Source: a virus. Taken from it: DNA of 64,000 nt. Location of the stretch: IMG/VR virus record IMGVR_UViG_3300027722_000005, positions 23,741 through 87,740 of that record; one strand, 5' to 3'. The position numbers were made by a program, and so were the translations under genes. Within the stretch, counting starts at the first letter, position 1, and every line of letters starts with the position of its first letter. Positions 63,351 through 64,000 of the stretch are shown here, piece by piece. The notes below the pieces were generated by a model that worked only from the letters and a program-made list of their open reading frames with translations, was not told the origin of the DNA and made no database searches.

Positions 63351-64000
63351 TGACCCGCAGGGAATTCGAGGACTGCCGCAAGCAGAAGGCCGGGGAGATG
63401 GCCGCCGATGGGGAGCTTCACACCGGGGTTATTGACGTGCTGTCCCACTCGGATCGCTACGACTGGTATCAGCAAATGACCTGGATGGGGGAGCCGGTCC
63501 TGAGCTTCCCGCAAGACCTGTTTGCGGTCCAGGAACTCGTGTACCGGCTGCGCCCGACGTTCATCATCGAGCTGGGCGTGGCGTGGGGTGGGTCGCTCCT
63601 CTTCTACGCCAGCCTGATGGACCTGTTCGGCGGCGCGGGCGTGGTGGGCATCGACGTGAACATTCCTGACGACTTGGCCGAGCGGCTGAACGGCAAGGGG
63701 AAGGTGCTTCTCTACCAGGGCTCGTCCACGGCACCGTCCACGGTGCGCCAGATGGCGCGGCTGCTGAACGGCGGGACGCGGAACCTGGTCATCCTCGATT
63801 CGGCCCACAACCACGACCACGTTCTGGCGGAGCTGGAAGCCTACGCGCCCTTCGTGGGGCCGGGCTACTACCTGGTTTGCGGCGATACGGTCATCGAAGA
63901 GATGCCGCCGCAGCACAGGCCCAGGTCCTGGGGTCCGGGGAACAGCCCGAAGACGGCGGTTGACGCCTTCCTGGCCGCTCATCCCGAGTTCGTCGCGGAC
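63347..64000 (+). CDS. CmcI family (cephalosporin hydroxylase-like) O-methyltransferase, partial
   Basis: Hand translation: TWMG...PQDL...IIELGVAWGGS...ILDSAH...GPGNSP; runs off the window. Confidence 0.88.
   Translation, partial: MMTRREFEDCRKQKAGEMAADGELHTGVIDVLSHSDRYDWYQQMTWMGEPVLSFPQDLFAVQELVYRLRPTFIIELGVAWGGSLLFYASLMDLFGGAGVVGIDVNIPDDLAERLNGKGKVLLYQGSSTAPSTVRQMARLLNGGTRNLVILDSAHNHDHVLAELEAYAPFVGPGYYLVCGDTVIEEMPPQHRPRSWGPGNSPKTAVDAFLAAHPEFVAD

Larger units (their letters stand above)
1..64000. mobile_element. Temperate tailed bacteriophage genome segment (both ends run off the window)
   Basis: Terminase, portal, capsid, holin, repressor, recombinases and replication genes in phage-like modules; no host housekeeping genes seen. 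Confidence 0.95.

Noticed and set aside
1-64000. CRISPR array, reverse transcriptase/DGR, rRNA, transposase
   Set aside because: No regularly spaced repeat-spacer units, no YxDD RT motif in credible ORFs, no rRNA-like or transposase sequence seen

Overview
The whole window reads as one GC-rich temperate tailed-phage genome segment with no host housekeeping genes. The host is probably Chloroflexota, inferred from PTDTP linkers and a YxPxV-like motif in secreted proteins. Layout: (1) 1-23.2 kb, leftward replication, recombination and DNA-modification arm (radical SAM protein, RuvC-like, DUF5131, DnaB-like helicase, initiator with internal iterons, primase, C5-MTase, SNF2-MTase fusion, Sak4-like ATPase, many small genes); (2) 23.2-26.5 kb, repressor switch and large serine recombinase; (3) 26.6-27.3 kb, tRNA-Asp flanked by two unexplained structured RNAs; (4) 27.4-34.8 kb, lysis and envelope-enzyme genes; (5) 34.9-42.9 kb, leftward cluster of small genes ending in a tyrosine recombinase; (6) 42.9-43.7 kb, low-complexity non-coding tract; (7) 43.7-59.4 kb, terminases, portal-gpF fusion, carbohydrate-active genes, scaffold and capsid; (8) 59.7-64 kb, sugar biosynthesis and glycosylation genes. 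Three signals stand out. First, most intergenic gaps in cluster 5 hold a folded RNA, including a near-canonical twister ribozyme, a type II hammerhead with a one-base core insertion, and several unclassified T-loop junction RNAs that are candidates for new ribozyme or processing classes. Second, the tyrosine recombinase gene is saturated with TTGCG/CGCAA motifs that even replace conserved glycines. Third, a ColC/ColD-like dideoxysugar and glycosyltransferase cluster follows the capsid gene. All calls are by eye; no searches or folding programs were run.
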